NCBI GenBank assembly: GCA_951406725.2
Contig: OX597818.1
Coordinates: 42,966,001-43,030,000, forward strand
Source: Octopus vulgaris
Lineage: Eukaryota
Direction: 5' to 3'
DNA length: 64,000 nucleotides
Shown: positions 24,118-36,666 of the stretch, one piece after another
How positions within the stretch are numbered: the stretch's first letter is position 1
Layout: the number at the start of each line of letters is the position of its first letter
Program-made: the position numbers and the translations under genes
The notes under the pieces: generated by a model
Database searches by the model: none
Told to the model about the DNA's origin: nothing
Seen by the model: only the letters and a program-made list of their open reading frames with translations

Positions 24118-24487
24118 TTACAAGCGTGTTTTGTGGTCTGCTGCCACAACAGCTCCTTTATAGGATACAGTTAGCTCAAGACATCATCAGGAGGACCCAT
24201 GTCCGGTTTCGGCCCCTACTCCTCTACCGTTTTGACGTGCCCCCCCCCCCCTTTCGGAGCTGTCTTCAGCTCTGGTGTTGGGTGCATGTCTTCTTTCTTC
24301 TTCTTTCTTCTGTTCCCTGGCCTCTTCGATGTATCGGCAGCGAGTGTCAGCCGGTGACTGACTGACTTGTCAAATTTTTCCCTTTAAATACCTGCCGATA
24401 GGCTCCAGCAGGCAGCCCCAGCAAGTTGTCACGTGACACTGTCTCACCTTTACTGACTAGTGAAAGTGCATAGTTTTAGCCCGTGCA
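24118..24487 (-). mobile_element. GC-rich Penelope-like terminal repeat remnant with TATA-like box and hammerhead motifs
   Basis: Minus strand: palindromic tgtcacgtgaca (24427-24438), TATTTAAA (24390-24383), then hammerhead cores at 24269-24263 and 24190-24184. The Penelope assignment is inferred from the hammerhead association only. Confidence 0.5.
24188..24274 (-). ncRNA. Putative type I hammerhead ribozyme
   Basis: 5'-CAGAG CUGAAGA C AGCUCC...GGGGCC GAA ACC GGACAUG GGU C/ CUCCUG-3': the conserved core is complete, stems I, II and III can pair, and the GUC cleavage triplet ends at 24194. Confidence 0.6.
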
Positions 24488-24705
24488 TTTTTATGTTCAG
24501 CCTGGCCAGATCTAGTTTCTGCCATCTAGCCTACAATGTCATTCTAAAGCAAACCAATCACATCATCAAAACCTCAAAGCTGCAAGATAATGCATGATTA
24601 ATTCAAAACAATATGAATAAATAAGCATTACATTTGACTGGCTATTATGAATACTCATGGGATTAAAATTTATTATACCATTATAATTTTTATTTATAAA
24701 AATTT

Positions 24706-25126
24706 AGGCACAGGAGTGGCTGTGTGGTATGTAGCTTGCTCACCAGCCACATGGTTCTGGGTTCAGTTCCACTGCATGGCACCTTGGGCAAGTGTCTTCT
24801 ACTATAGCCTCGGGCCAACTAAAGCCTTGTGAGTGGATTTGGTAGACGGAAACTGAAAGAAGCCCGTTGTATATATGTATATGTATATATATATATATGT
24901 ATGTATGTGTGTGTATATGTTTGTGTGTCTATGTTTGTCCCCCCAACATTGCTTGACAACCGATGCTGGTGTGTTTACATCCCCGTAACTTAGCGGTTCG
25001 GCAAAAGAAACTGATAGAATAAGTACTAGGCTTACAAAGAATAAGTCCTGGGGTCAATTTACCAACCGAAGACGGTGCTCCAGCATGGCCGCAGTCAAAT
25101 GACTGAAACAAGTAAAAGAGTGAAAG
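24706..25126 (+). mobile_element. Full-length SINE family A
   Basis: aggcacaggagtggctgtgtgg...gaaacaagtaaaagagtgaaag. Confidence 0.92.
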
Positions 25127-26309
25127 ATTAAAAATAATATTTCTCTGTACTCTTGGTAGCCTCTATTTACTCAACTAGCTATCTTTAATTATTACTTATC
25201 TTGAATAATAAACATGAAAGCAGCTACATATTGTGTATCTCAAATATTAAACAATAGCTAAAAAAAACAGGACAATTACTAATAAGCAAAAAGAAAAGAT
25301 TTAATGCACATTTCAGTTTTAAATTTGACATTTTAGGTAAAATATCTTATTTTCTTTTTAATTTGTGATTGCTACTTGAAACCATTTTTCTTAAACTTGA
25401 CATTTTACATTAATTTTGAGACTTTCACTCATATTTACTTATGGTCTAATTCCAGAGTCAGCTGAGTCCTATCTGTGGAATTATTTTACTTAGTTATGCT
25501 TTAGTTCTACTAGTTTTATAGTAGACTATATGGTATTTGTGTTTTATTGTCACATTTACTAGTACAACAATGCTTGGGTGCCTCTTAGTTTTAATAAAAT
25601 TATAAATTTTAAGCATTTTTAGATTTTAAGCATTTTAGATATTTAATTTGAAGAGCATTGTGTACTGTTACATAACCATCAAAAAATTTACATGAAGTTA
25701 CGTTAAGCTTTCTTGTTATTTATTTTTATATTTGAATAGTGACAGAGGGAGGCTGGAGTGAGTTCTAAGACAGCTTACGAACCCACCAAAAGCCTGCAGC
25801 CATTTTTTTTTTCTCTATTGTGATATTTTACAAGTGAATAGCATAAATTTTGACATTTTAATGCTGACTATGATAACACGTACTCAATTTCATTTATGAA
25901 AGGTTAGCATTTGGTATTAGAGCAAATTCTTCAAATCACTTTGGGAGGGGGTGCATTTAACAAAATAAAAATTTCTCAACAGAGAAATGACTTGAGTCTT
26001 AGCTATAACTTAGTAGAATTAAACTGTGTGTGGAAAGTGTAAGCATATTTATTTGTGTGAGGGTTTTTCAATGCATATTTGTAATATAATACATAAATTT
26101 TTATTTTCTAGTATTGCCAATGAAGTTATTAAAATTTAAAAAAAAATTTTTTTAAAAGCTTTATTTAAGAAGTTAGTTAAATGTCTGTTGTATGCTTTGC
26201 AAATGGCTTGAAATACTTGTAGATAAAGAAGATTCGAAATACCAGAACATTATTTCTAATTGATATGCATTATAGATACTTAATGTATTGTATTATGATA
26301 CTGGCATAT

Positions 26310-26520
26310 TGTCGGTTACAACAATGAGTGTTCCAGTTTATCTGATCAATGGAACAGCCTGCTCATGAAATCAGTGTGCAAGTGGCCGAGCACTCCACAG
26401 ACACATGTACTTTTAACACAGTTATCAGGGAGATTCAGCATCACGCAGAATGTGACAAGACTGGTCCTTTGAATTACAGATACTACTCATTTTTGCCAGT
26501 TGACTGAACTGGAGCATCTG
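26310..26520 (-). mobile_element. SINE D-type tail joined to a CORE-like segment (older subfamily)
   Basis: gtcggttac...ggaacagcctgctcatgaaa...gagcactccacagacac matches 41897-42070, then diverges into tactcatttttgccag. Confidence 0.7.
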
Positions 26521-26772
26521 GTAATGGGGAAATGTCACCTTGCCTTTAAGCAGGTGATGATTGGTGATATTCTGCTCATAATCATAAGGTCATGAATTCA
26601 ATTCCCAACAGCATGTTGTGTCCTTGAGTAAGTTCCTCTTGAGCAGTTGTTAGCTGGCTGCTATTTTATCAGTAATCTTGTAAAAGTTGAAAAGCAAAGT
26701 TTAATTGAGTGTAAAGGGGATCAAATACCACAAAATGCTGTAAGTCTACCATCTCAAAATAAAGGCATCTGA

Positions 26773-27365
26773 CTGGCTTCTGCATAGTTTCAGTCTACCA
26801 AATTTCATTCAAAACTTGGCATCTTCAAGGCTGTTCTTCTTTATGGGTCAGAAATTTGGAGGGTCACCAAAGCCATAAAGGGTAATCTACAGACCTTATC
26901 AGCAAATGTCTGCCCTACATCCTCAAGATCTGGTGGCTGGACATAATTTCAAACAGAAGTCTGTAGGATAGAACAAACCAGACGCTAATCAATCAAGAAC
27001 TTCTGAAAAGGAAATGGGCTGGCTCAGTCACATTCTAAGGAGATCCCCAAGCAGCATTACAAGACAAATGTTAGACTGACAACCTGAAGGAAAGAAGAAA
27101 GTTGGACGACCAAAGAAGACCTGGAAAGGATGCATGGAAAATGAAATGAAAGCAATTAGTCTCTATTGGTCTGAAATCAAGGAGGTAACCCAAGATCAGA
27201 TCCACTGGTATGAAATAGTTGCAGCCCTATGTCCTCTCTAACTAAATTTCATTCAGAAGATTTTGGTTGCTTTGGAGTCAAAGTAGAAAGCACTGGTTTG
27301 TGGGCCTGTGCAATGGGATTGAACCTGGAACTGTGTGTTCGCAAAAGGAAGCTCTTAACTACAAA
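26773..27365 (-). mobile_element. Old SINE family A/C split by an RTE fragment
   Basis: ggcttctgcatagtttcagtctaccaaatttcattca ... gcaatgggattgaacctggaac. Confidence 0.6.
26812..27243 (+). pseudogene. 5'-truncated RTE-clade LINE of a second family; 12-bp TSD aaatttcattca
   Basis: KAVLLYGSEIWRVTK...ILKIWWLDIISN...RKW/WLSHILRR...QPEGKKKVGRPKKTWK...IVAALCP; TSD at 26800-26811 and 27244-27255. Confidence 0.85.
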
Positions 27366-30056
27366 GTCATATCAAAACAAATTTAAAATTCCTTTCCTTA
27401 TTGTAGTTCATGCCAAATATTTGTAGATTGTATCAAACTTACATTTAGGTTGAATCAAATTTATATTGCACAAAAACTTATTTTCCTGATAATCTTTATC
27501 TCTAGGTGAATTGGACAAATATTTATCAGGAAAATAAATATTTAATTTACTTAATTTACTATTTCTGTTAGGTTTATGTTTCAAATATGATCGAAAGCTC
27601 TCTCTCTCTCTCTCTTTCTCTCCCCCCACCCACACATTTAAGAGCCATAGGATAAGCAGTCAATTTCATATTTCTAGGGACATAATAGATAAGCACAAAC
27701 TTTTGGATATTTAGCTCCATTCTTCGTGTTTTTTTTTGATAGAATTTTCTCTGTATGAAAAATTATTTTACTGGAAGGTGGTTTTGTGTCAGAACAAAAG
27801 TATTACAAAGGACACTCAAAATTGTAAGAATGTGTCTTGGTTTCTTTAAGAGAGAATGTCATGAATTTGAAATATTTTGTAAACTTCAAAGAATTTGGTA
27901 GCCTAAAAAGATTTCAGTGCATTCTATATATGTCATTTAATGAACAACAAAGTTTTCTTTGAAATATGTCGAGTACAAGTAGTTTGCATCTATCATGCAT
28001 CATTCATTTCCATTACATCTTCATTCCAATGTAGCTTTCTACATTTTAATACCCAGCTGTTTCTTTGGCTCACTTGTGCTTAGCTTAAAGTAAAAAATTA
28101 TATATATATATATGTATATATATATCCAAAAGATTGCTCAAAGGCCATTCCTCCTCAGTAGGTGTAGACAAAAGACTCTTGATAGCAGCTGAAGTCATGT
28201 ATGACAAGACTAAAAATAAGGTTAGATTTACTGTTATGTAAAATATAAAGCATATAGTGAAATGGATTGCTATGAAAATCATTTTTTGCTCCCACCTTTT
28301 CATCATGTTTTTCTGTATCCTCTGTAGAAGGATTTACTTAGTGTTCTTAAAGGAGTGTCTGTAACCTAATGATTTTATTGGAACTATGGCTAGCAAGAGG
28401 TTTGAAATATATTAGGGGGAATCTTGAGCTTTTGAAATCTGTATTAAAGAGTTATAGCTATAATTAGGTGTAAATTAAATGCAAGGGGTCTGATAAAAAA
28501 AAAGAGAAAAACAATTGTCCAAGTGCACAAAAGTACTAGTGCACTTGATACAGCAAATAACCAAAGACCAAAGTAGGTAACTAATGACATCTTTTAAGTA
28601 GATGACAATTGAGCCCCGGAGATTGGACACTAATTGCCCAGGGAGATGGGAATGAAATCTGTTGAACTTTATGAAAAAAAATAGCTGGAAGAGGACTTCA
28701 TTGGGCTGGACATGAAATGTAAATTATTGTCATGTAATGGAGAGTAACCTAGCCAGTGCAGAACAAACTGGAAAAAGTTAAATTTCATGAAAGAAGTGAT
28801 GTAGAGTATGAGAACTTGATGTCTGCTATTGTGCAGACACATTCAGCCTAGGAAAACTAGGGAGGTTGTAGTGATGGTGTTACTGACATGGATAAAATTC
28901 CGTCATTACTTGACAAATATCCTTCTAACTTTATGTTTGCAATTGTTTAATTATAAAAAGTGAGATATTTGACATTTTGAAAATTCATTGCATACAAAAG
29001 AGATGTCAACATATAATAGGGTATGTGGAATTTATCTACAGTAATATACCCACACACTAATTGCTTTGTACATTATCTGCTGCCTACTTGAACCCAATGT
29101 TTTTATTCATAATTACTATTTCAAAATTGCTGTCACATTTTAATATTATAGAAGAGGAAGGTGTAATATCTTTTTCATTTGTTTATTTACTGAAACAAAT
29201 ACATGGGTTTTTTTTTTAGTTGCTTCAGGGAGACTTTTCTCAATAATAATTATTATTTCTCCTGTTTTTTTTTTCTTCTTTTTCACAGCCTTATTTCATA
29301 GACCTTAAAGTTAAAAAGAATTCACTTCAACTGTTAGCTGATTGTCAGTTACGTATTGGTAGTTCAGGAAAACACACAATATATTAAAATATTTTTAACA
29401 AAAAACAAAAAAAACCCCCAAAAAACCCAAAAAAACAAAAACAAAAACAAAACACCACACACACAACTTTAGTCTAATTGCCATTATTATCCTTTTTATC
29501 ATCAATTTTTCTGTATTGGCATGGCACTGTTCTAAGAACCTTATAATGTAAGAAAAAGAAGGCAATCTGAAGAAGTTTGTTGTATTTATTTTTTCTAATT
29601 AAATTGATTATCTATTAAAATTAGTTTATTTATTAAAAAGCTGCTTTTTTTAAATTGGAAATAAATGTAGAATTTTTCCATTTTATAAGCATTGTTTGTA
29701 TTTTTTTTATCTTCTTACCACAAATGCCAACTGCTTTTGGCAGAATAGCTCCATTAAAAATACATGGAATTGCCAGAAACAGAACTAATGGAGCAAAAGC
29801 TTTTCAATATTTTACTTTGAATTTTCCTGTAACTCCTTTTTTATCTCTCTTCTTTGAATCATTTCTGTAGGGCATATTCACTTTACAGGAATCATTCATT
29901 AATGAGTTCCTTTGAATTTTGATTAAGATTTCTGTATCCATTCCCGTGTATTAACAGAAGTATTCAATTACGAAACTTTCAGTTCAATTACACAACTTCT
30001 TTATGCAGTGCCTTACCACATACACATATGTTAGTTGCTTTGAGTTTTATATACTA

Positions 30057-30347
30057 CTAGCTGGCTCTGTGCCATCAAAAATGATGGCCAATTGTAGTAT
30101 TTTATACATAAATATGGAGGGTAAATCAAATTAATACACTTGCCAGTACTTCCCTTGTACACATGCACATAAACACATATACTCACATGGAGTTGAAACG
30201 CTGTTTGATTTTTCTTTTCAGCATTGAATGTTCACCATCCCACCATTTTGCCATCACCCCTTTCTTCCTTATTCATCTATCACCCCTTCCTTTCTAATTC
30301 ATATGTTGTGATGGAGAAAAACACAAGAGTATTATTATAGTAGAAGA
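30057..30347 (-). mobile_element. Small non-autonomous Helitron (291 bp)
   Basis: Minus strand begins A|TCttctactataataat and ends with the hairpin gccatca-tttt-tgatggc, 10 nt, then CTAG|T; no TSD. Confidence 0.75.
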
Positions 30348-30837
30348 TGCTTTGTGCCTTATGTATGGTGTTCAATATATGTGCTTCTACATGAAAGAGT
30401 ATATTTGATGATGTGATTGTAATTTTAGGAAGTGTCTAAAATTGATATTTGTCTTGAATTCCAATTTTGATTTTTAGAATATGATAATATTGGTAGTGTC
30501 TAAAAGATATTGCTGTGCATTATCAATCAATCAATCAATTGATCTTATGCAAAAGCTATCAAGGCTATAATGTCCTGATTTTCTTGAACAAATGTATCCA
30601 TGAATGGGTGATTGGTTCTATTGACTATTGTTGAATATAGAAAAGTTTCGTTTTTGTTATGTTACTCTCAAGAACAAGATAACACATTTATTCATACTAA
30701 TTTAATCTTTAGACTTTTAATCCATCATTGTCAATATAAATCTTCTTAAAAACTATTGTATCACTTTATGTGAACGTTAAAATGTTGGAAGTGATGAAGA
30801 TTGGAAGACGTGTGTGTATATGTGTGTGTGTGTGTGC

Positions 30838-30995
30838 GTGGTTGGTGTTAGGAAGGTCATCCAGCTATAGAAACCATGCCAAATCAGACTGGAACCTGGT
30901 GCAGCTCCCTGGCTTACCAGTTCCTGTCAAAAGCCATCTAACCCATGCCAGCATGGAAAGTGGACATTAAATGATGATGATGATGATGATGATGA
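30838..30995 (+). mobile_element. Family B terminus
   Basis: gtggttggtgttaggaagg...acccatgccagcatggaaagtggacattaaa(tga)n. Confidence 0.85.
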
Positions 30996-31460
30996 TATAT
31001 TATTCTTAAACAGGAATGTTGTTGACAGTGAATTTGAAGTTTTGGCCAGCTAAACCATCATGTTTGTGTGTGCATACATTTGGGTTTCTCACCCATTTGA
31101 GAAACATTTGGAGTTTCTCACTCTTTGTCAAATCTACAGCCTGCTACCTTCCCCACTTCTTTGTTACTCTCTCATCATTCATACCCCTATCTCTCATCTC
31201 ACTACCACCTGGCTCCCTGTCACTCTCTCTGTAAAATCGCTAGCAAAAGAACAGAGACATTGGGTCAAAATGACCCGTTAGTCTTGTTAAGGAGATAAGC
31301 TCTCTAAGGTTGGTGGCACAATAAAATGGACTCAGTACACTCTGATAGAAAGGGAATTTAGTCAAAAATGAAATGTATGAGCAAAGCCTGGTCCTCTGAC
31401 CTATCTAGGAGAGTAGTAACTCTAAGTAAGCACTGATTTGGACCATGGTGACATGTTTAA

Positions 31461-31682
31461 CCCTTTTGATTCTGTATTTATTTTGAGATGCTCTGTGTTT
31501 CTTTCAATTATTTTAAATATAACAAAGAATTTACTAAAATAACTTAATTATCATTAAGCTAGTGTTAAGAACGTAAATTGTGACTAAGGTTTGGTGGAAG
31601 ATTTTAATTCAAAACTTATATCAAAACAAGACATTTTACCACAGAGCCAGAGCCGTTTTTGGCCGGGTTAGTAACAAAAGGG
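31461..31682 (-). mobile_element. piggyBac-like MITE, TTAA TSD, nested in a decayed family B tail
   Basis: TTAA|cccttttg...gtaacaaaaggg|TTAA; the host remnant continues to (gat)n at ~31737. Confidence 0.9.
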
Positions 31683-32232
31683 TTAACTCATATCATTTGG
31701 GAAAGTAGATATAAAACGAAGATGATGATGATGATGATTTATACCTATTCTTGCTAGACTTTATTCATTTCTAATATTTAATATTTTTGCTTGAAACATA
31801 TTTTGACATAAAGACATAAATACTTCAGTAAGCCTATTAAAATTGAACTTCATTTAAACAACTTTACATGCCCTGTAGTTATTTTCATCTTTATAAATTC
31901 TCAAGCGGTATGTTTCAGATTAATGAAGCTGAGATAAAATGATGCAAAATCAAAATCTTCCAAATTCAGATTTATAGAATAGCAGAATTTGTTTTTTTTA
32001 AGTCATTTATTATTTTTAAAATGATTAAAGTATTATGTAAATATGTAATGGTATTTATCATTTGCTAGTGATAAAAATCTTTAGTAATAACTTAGCACTT
32101 AAAAACTTATAAAAACCAAGTCTCATTAAGCTAAATACAAAACAAGTTGTATATATCTTTTATAATATAACATTTTTTAAAGTTTTGCAATTCTTAAGTA
32201 TGCTTTTATTTAAAAAAAAAAAAGTATTTTTT

Positions 32233-32436
32233 ATTCTTTTTACTCTTTTACTTGTTTCAGTCATTTGACTGTGGCCATGCTGGAGCACCGCCCTTAGTTG
32301 AGCAAATCGACCCCAGGACTTATTCTTTGTAAGCCTAGTACTTATTCTATCGGTTTCTTTTGCCGAACCGCTAAGTTATGGGGACATAAACACACCACCA
32401 TCGGTTGTCAAGCGATGTTGGGGGGGACAAACGCAT

Positions 32437-32509
<73 letters not shown>

Positions 32510-32673
32510 CGACGGGCTTCTTTCAGTTTCCGTCTACCAAATCCACTCACAAGGCTTTGGTCAGCCTGAGGCTCTAGTAGAAGACACTTGCCAAAGGTGT
32601 CACACAGTGGGAATGAACCCGGAACCATGTAGTTGGTAAGCAAGCTACTTACCACACGGTCACTCCTGCGCCT
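32233..32673 (-). mobile_element. Full-length SINE family A
   Basis: Tail through cactcctgcgcct; long central (CA)n. Confidence 0.92.
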
Positions 32674-34090
32674 TATACCTATTTTCCAGTATACAAGTTG
32701 TTGTAGTACATAATGGAAACATTCAAACATTGTCACTGTCTTTCCAAATCCAGCTGCATTTCACATAGAATTTTTGGTCCTCCTAAGTCATCTTCGGGCA
32801 TAAGTTGACTGATTTTTTTTTTTTTGGCTGTAAATTTTGGTTTGAAACATTTGACTTGTATGCCCAAAAATATATTATTACATTTTTGTTTTGAAACAGT
32901 GACTTTGTCACTTGTTTAATAAAAAAAAAACAGAAACATAATTTTTTTGGTTGGGGAGCAAGTTTATGGCTAGTTGATATGTAAAATAATGGAATTCTGC
33001 AAATATTTCTTTGGATTAGTTAAGACTACTTAGTCTGAACACATCCATTGATCATGCACACATGAGCTTCCTATACTTAGTTCAAGAACATTAAGGATTG
33101 AACTAAAGGTATTAAATTTTCTTCTTTTTTTTTTTTTTTTTCTAGTTCCAATTTAGTTCCAATCCTGCCTAAGTTCACTTAACTTTGCCTGGAATTAATT
33201 CTATTTACTATTTTATTGCTCTACAAAAATTGACGTTGTGTCAAAATGCTTAATATTTAAAGATGAGTTTTGTTATTCAAGTGATATTTTCCAAGAATAT
33301 CTATTTATATTTACACTAATTCAATTGGTTCAATCTCCAATCATCATTAGATTCTTTATTCCAGAATATATGCATTCATCGCAAGCTGGAGTCAAATTAG
33401 AAACCTTTAATTAGAAATGAAAAGCACCGATGTCTTTAATTTTATGTCTAATTAACCTCTAAGGAGTGTATGTCCTATAGTATTTATTATTTTGATCAGA
33501 TATCTCTTCCAGTATTTTATTTCTAGATTAGTGCATTGTCTCAGACAATTTAAGCTAGGAACCCTTATAAGGGTAATTATTACCTTTAGTTTAGAAATAA
33601 TGGTTTCTAGTTCATTTTCATCTCACATTGTCAGTTGATGTCGCAAGTATACATGAGTATACATGGGCCCACACCAGCCCCAAATTATTATTCTTTATTT
33701 CCAAATTAAGGGCAATGGTTAATTAAATTTATCTTTCAGTAATGTCACCAAGAGTAACAAAGGATATAAGAAATGTATCTAGAATATTTGTCAAAGAGAA
33801 ATTATGTGACTCCTAAAGGTCAGAATAGTAGAATATCAGAAAGCCTTAATGAGAGAAAAAACAAAAATCAGGAAATGGTTAAATATATGTGGTATGAGAA
33901 ATAAAATCATATGCTGCTATGGGGGGAAATTTCCATAAAGAACAAATAACCACACTGGAAAACCAGAAAAACCAAAAAAGCAATACATATAACAATTGCT
34001 GGTGATTGACCTAGTAGCTCCAACATTGATATAAAGTCAATATAATTGTCATTAGTGAAAAATAAATCTAAAAATACCAAAAATTTCAAT

Positions 34091-34127
<37 letters not shown>

Positions 34128-34319
34128 GTTTGAAGTCATATTGGGGAGGGGATATGTTGATTACATCGACCCCAGTGTTTCACTGGTACTTAATTTACCG
34201 ACCCCAAAAGGATGAAAAGCAAAGTAGACCTCAGCGGAATTTTGAACTCAGAATGTAGCAATGGGTGAAATACCGTTAAACATTTTGTCCAGTGTGTTAA
34301 TGATTCTGCCAGCTTGCCA
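34128..34319 (-). mobile_element. SINE family E, older copy in (AAT)n
   Basis: attacatcgaccccagtg...ggtacttaattt...ggatgaaaagcaaagt...ttctgccagcttgcc. Confidence 0.8.
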
Positions 34320-35081
34320 CAATAATAATGATAATAATAATGTTATTCATGTTATTGTTGTCCTTACTGTTACTCCAGCTAGTGGTGGTGTTGTTGCTGG
34401 TTCTGGTGTTGGGGTTTGTGATCTTGCTATCTTTCATTCTGTTGACCTTCTCTCTGTCTACATAGACTAAACAGAACAGTAGGAAACATGTGGGGTGGAG
34501 GGTTGCTGAAGAGGTTACAGGTGTGTAAAAAAAAATTTCCAGACAATGGACATAAAATAAGAACAATAACAAACAAATAATGTTATTCTTTGCTATAAAA
34601 GTGAAGGATGAGAGCTGTCGCAGTGACTGACAAATTATAAAATGATGAGGCTTTATGCAGAATTAACCATGATAAAAAAACAGACATGGAAAATAGCACC
34701 ATGCAAAAAGAATAAAATAAGATATCCCAATAGGAGGACAACCATCCAGAGCCAATTAAGGAATCTCACTGATCCAGGATTTGCCACTCTTGCTCATCAC
34801 CTCTCTCCCTCTCTCTGCCCTCATCTTCCTGTCTGTGAGGCACTTAAAGAACCTGATGAGGGTTTGGCTGTGGAGGAAAGTATCTCTTCTTTCACTGATG
34901 CCACTAAACAGAGGAAAACTGCCTGCTCTTTCTGGATAGCTACATTCATCCAACACATGACAACATTTATTCAATATAATTAACTCTACAAATCAGCTAT
35001 AACTGAATGTTGAACAACTGCATGCAGAATAGTTTCATTACACTTTGTGCATCTCAGATGAATTCAGCTGATATCACTATC

Positions 35082-35247
35082 AGGTGCAGGAGTGGCTGTG
35101 TGGTAAGTAGCTTGCTAACCAACCACATGGTTCCGGGTTCAGTCCCACTGTGTGGCATCTTGGGCAAGTGTCTTCTGCTATAGCCTCGGGCCGACCAAAG
35201 CCTTGTGAGTGGATTTGGTAGACGGAAACTGAAAGAAGCCTGTCGTA

Positions 35248-35304
<57 letters not shown>

Positions 35305-35521
35305 ATGTTTGTGTGTCTGTGTTTGTCCCTCTAGCATTGCTTGACAACCGGTGCTGGTGTGTTTACGTCCCCGTCACTTAGCAGTTCGGCAAAAGAGACC
35401 GATAGAATAAGTACTGGGCTTACAAAGAATAAGTCCCGGGGTCGATTTGCTCGACCAAAGGCGGTGCTCCAGCATGGCCGCAGTCAAATGACTGAAACAA
35501 GTAAAAGAGTAAAAAGAGAGA
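35082..35521 (+). mobile_element. Full-length SINE family A
   Basis: aggtgcaggagtggctgtgtgg...aagtaaaagagtaaaaagag. Confidence 0.92.
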
Positions 35522-35833
35522 GTATGCCTGTAGATCTTAACCTGAATATATAACACTGCCAGGCTAGAGATTTCAGGAAGTTTCCCCAGAATAGGTTTCA
35601 CGTTGATGTTGATCACCACCTGTAATTCCATGATTTTTAGAACTACAATTTCTCATGCTTCACATGTAACATGAAAATGGCCACATTACAGTTGCAAGGG
35701 ACAGGTTGGATTGAAAATTTAAAAAAAAATTTGTGTAAAGAAAACTTTTAGAATAAAACTACTGTGAATGCATCTATAAATGGTTGTCTCTGTGTCATAG
35801 AGTATAAACAGAGAACCCAGGTGGAGGAGTATA

Positions 35834-36066
35834 TATTTCTTTACTACCCACAAGGGGCTAAACACAGAGGGGACAAACAAGGACAGACAAACGGATTAAG
35901 TCAATTACATCGACCCCAGTGTGTAACTGGTACTTAATTTATTGACCCCGAAAGGATGAAAGGCAAAGTCGACCTCGGCGGAATTTGAACTCAGAACATA
36001 GCGGCAGACGAAATACGGCTAAGCATTTCGCCCGGCACGCTAACGATTCTGCCAGCTCGCTGCCTT
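35834..36066 (-). mobile_element. Full-length young SINE family E with a perfect 16-bp TSD
   Basis: TSD caggtggaggagtata at 35818-35833 and 36067-36082. Minus-strand head aaggcagcgagctggcagaatcg and B box gagttcaaattcc. The central gcctttcatcctttcggggtc..taaattaagtacc resembles the Meta-type SINE central domain (from memory, unverified). Confidence 0.93.
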
Positions 36067-36620
36067 CAGGTGGAGGAGTATAGTTAAAGGAAAGAACAAA
36101 AATGGAAGAGAACATAGTTGATAGACACTACTGTGGAGTGCATTATACCTTTGAATGAATAGATTTCTTGTCAATTCAGTTGACCTTATTTACTCCGTTA
36201 GTTAAGCCATTTGTTTAAATGCACTCATACTGTTGTAAAACCAATTTTACTTTTCATTAATTTACAATTGACTTTTCAAGATGATTATGTGAAAACAATA
36301 ACATTCTTGTTTTTGGATTTCACTGATTTGACATAACTACAAAGTTGCTCTTTTAAATCCCATTCTCTTTGTCTTAAAGACTTAATGTTTATAGGGAAGA
36401 CTACTGTTTAAAGTCCACTGTGTGAATATGGACTTTAGTGCATGTTGCTCATTATATTGTCTGAGATTTAAAATATTCCTTGATTGACATTTTGAAGCAT
36501 TTAAGTAGCAAAATGTATGTTTCTTATGTTTATCAAATTTATATAATCTTACTTTAATTTGTGTAATTGATTGTTTCACAAATGAACTTTAAGCATTTTC
36601 ATTTGCTATGTTTAAATGTT

Positions 36621-36666
<46 letters not shown>

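Noticed and set aside
28120-28900. Possible pogo/Tigger DDE remnant
   Set aside because: Only a vague resemblance; no catalytic motif or TIR was identifiable.
34845-34925. CTGATGA...GAAA hammerhead-like motif and the 113-aa ORF at 34642-34983
   Set aside because: Stems I and III do not pair convincingly and the ORF has no recognisable domain. It may be a very old repeat remnant.
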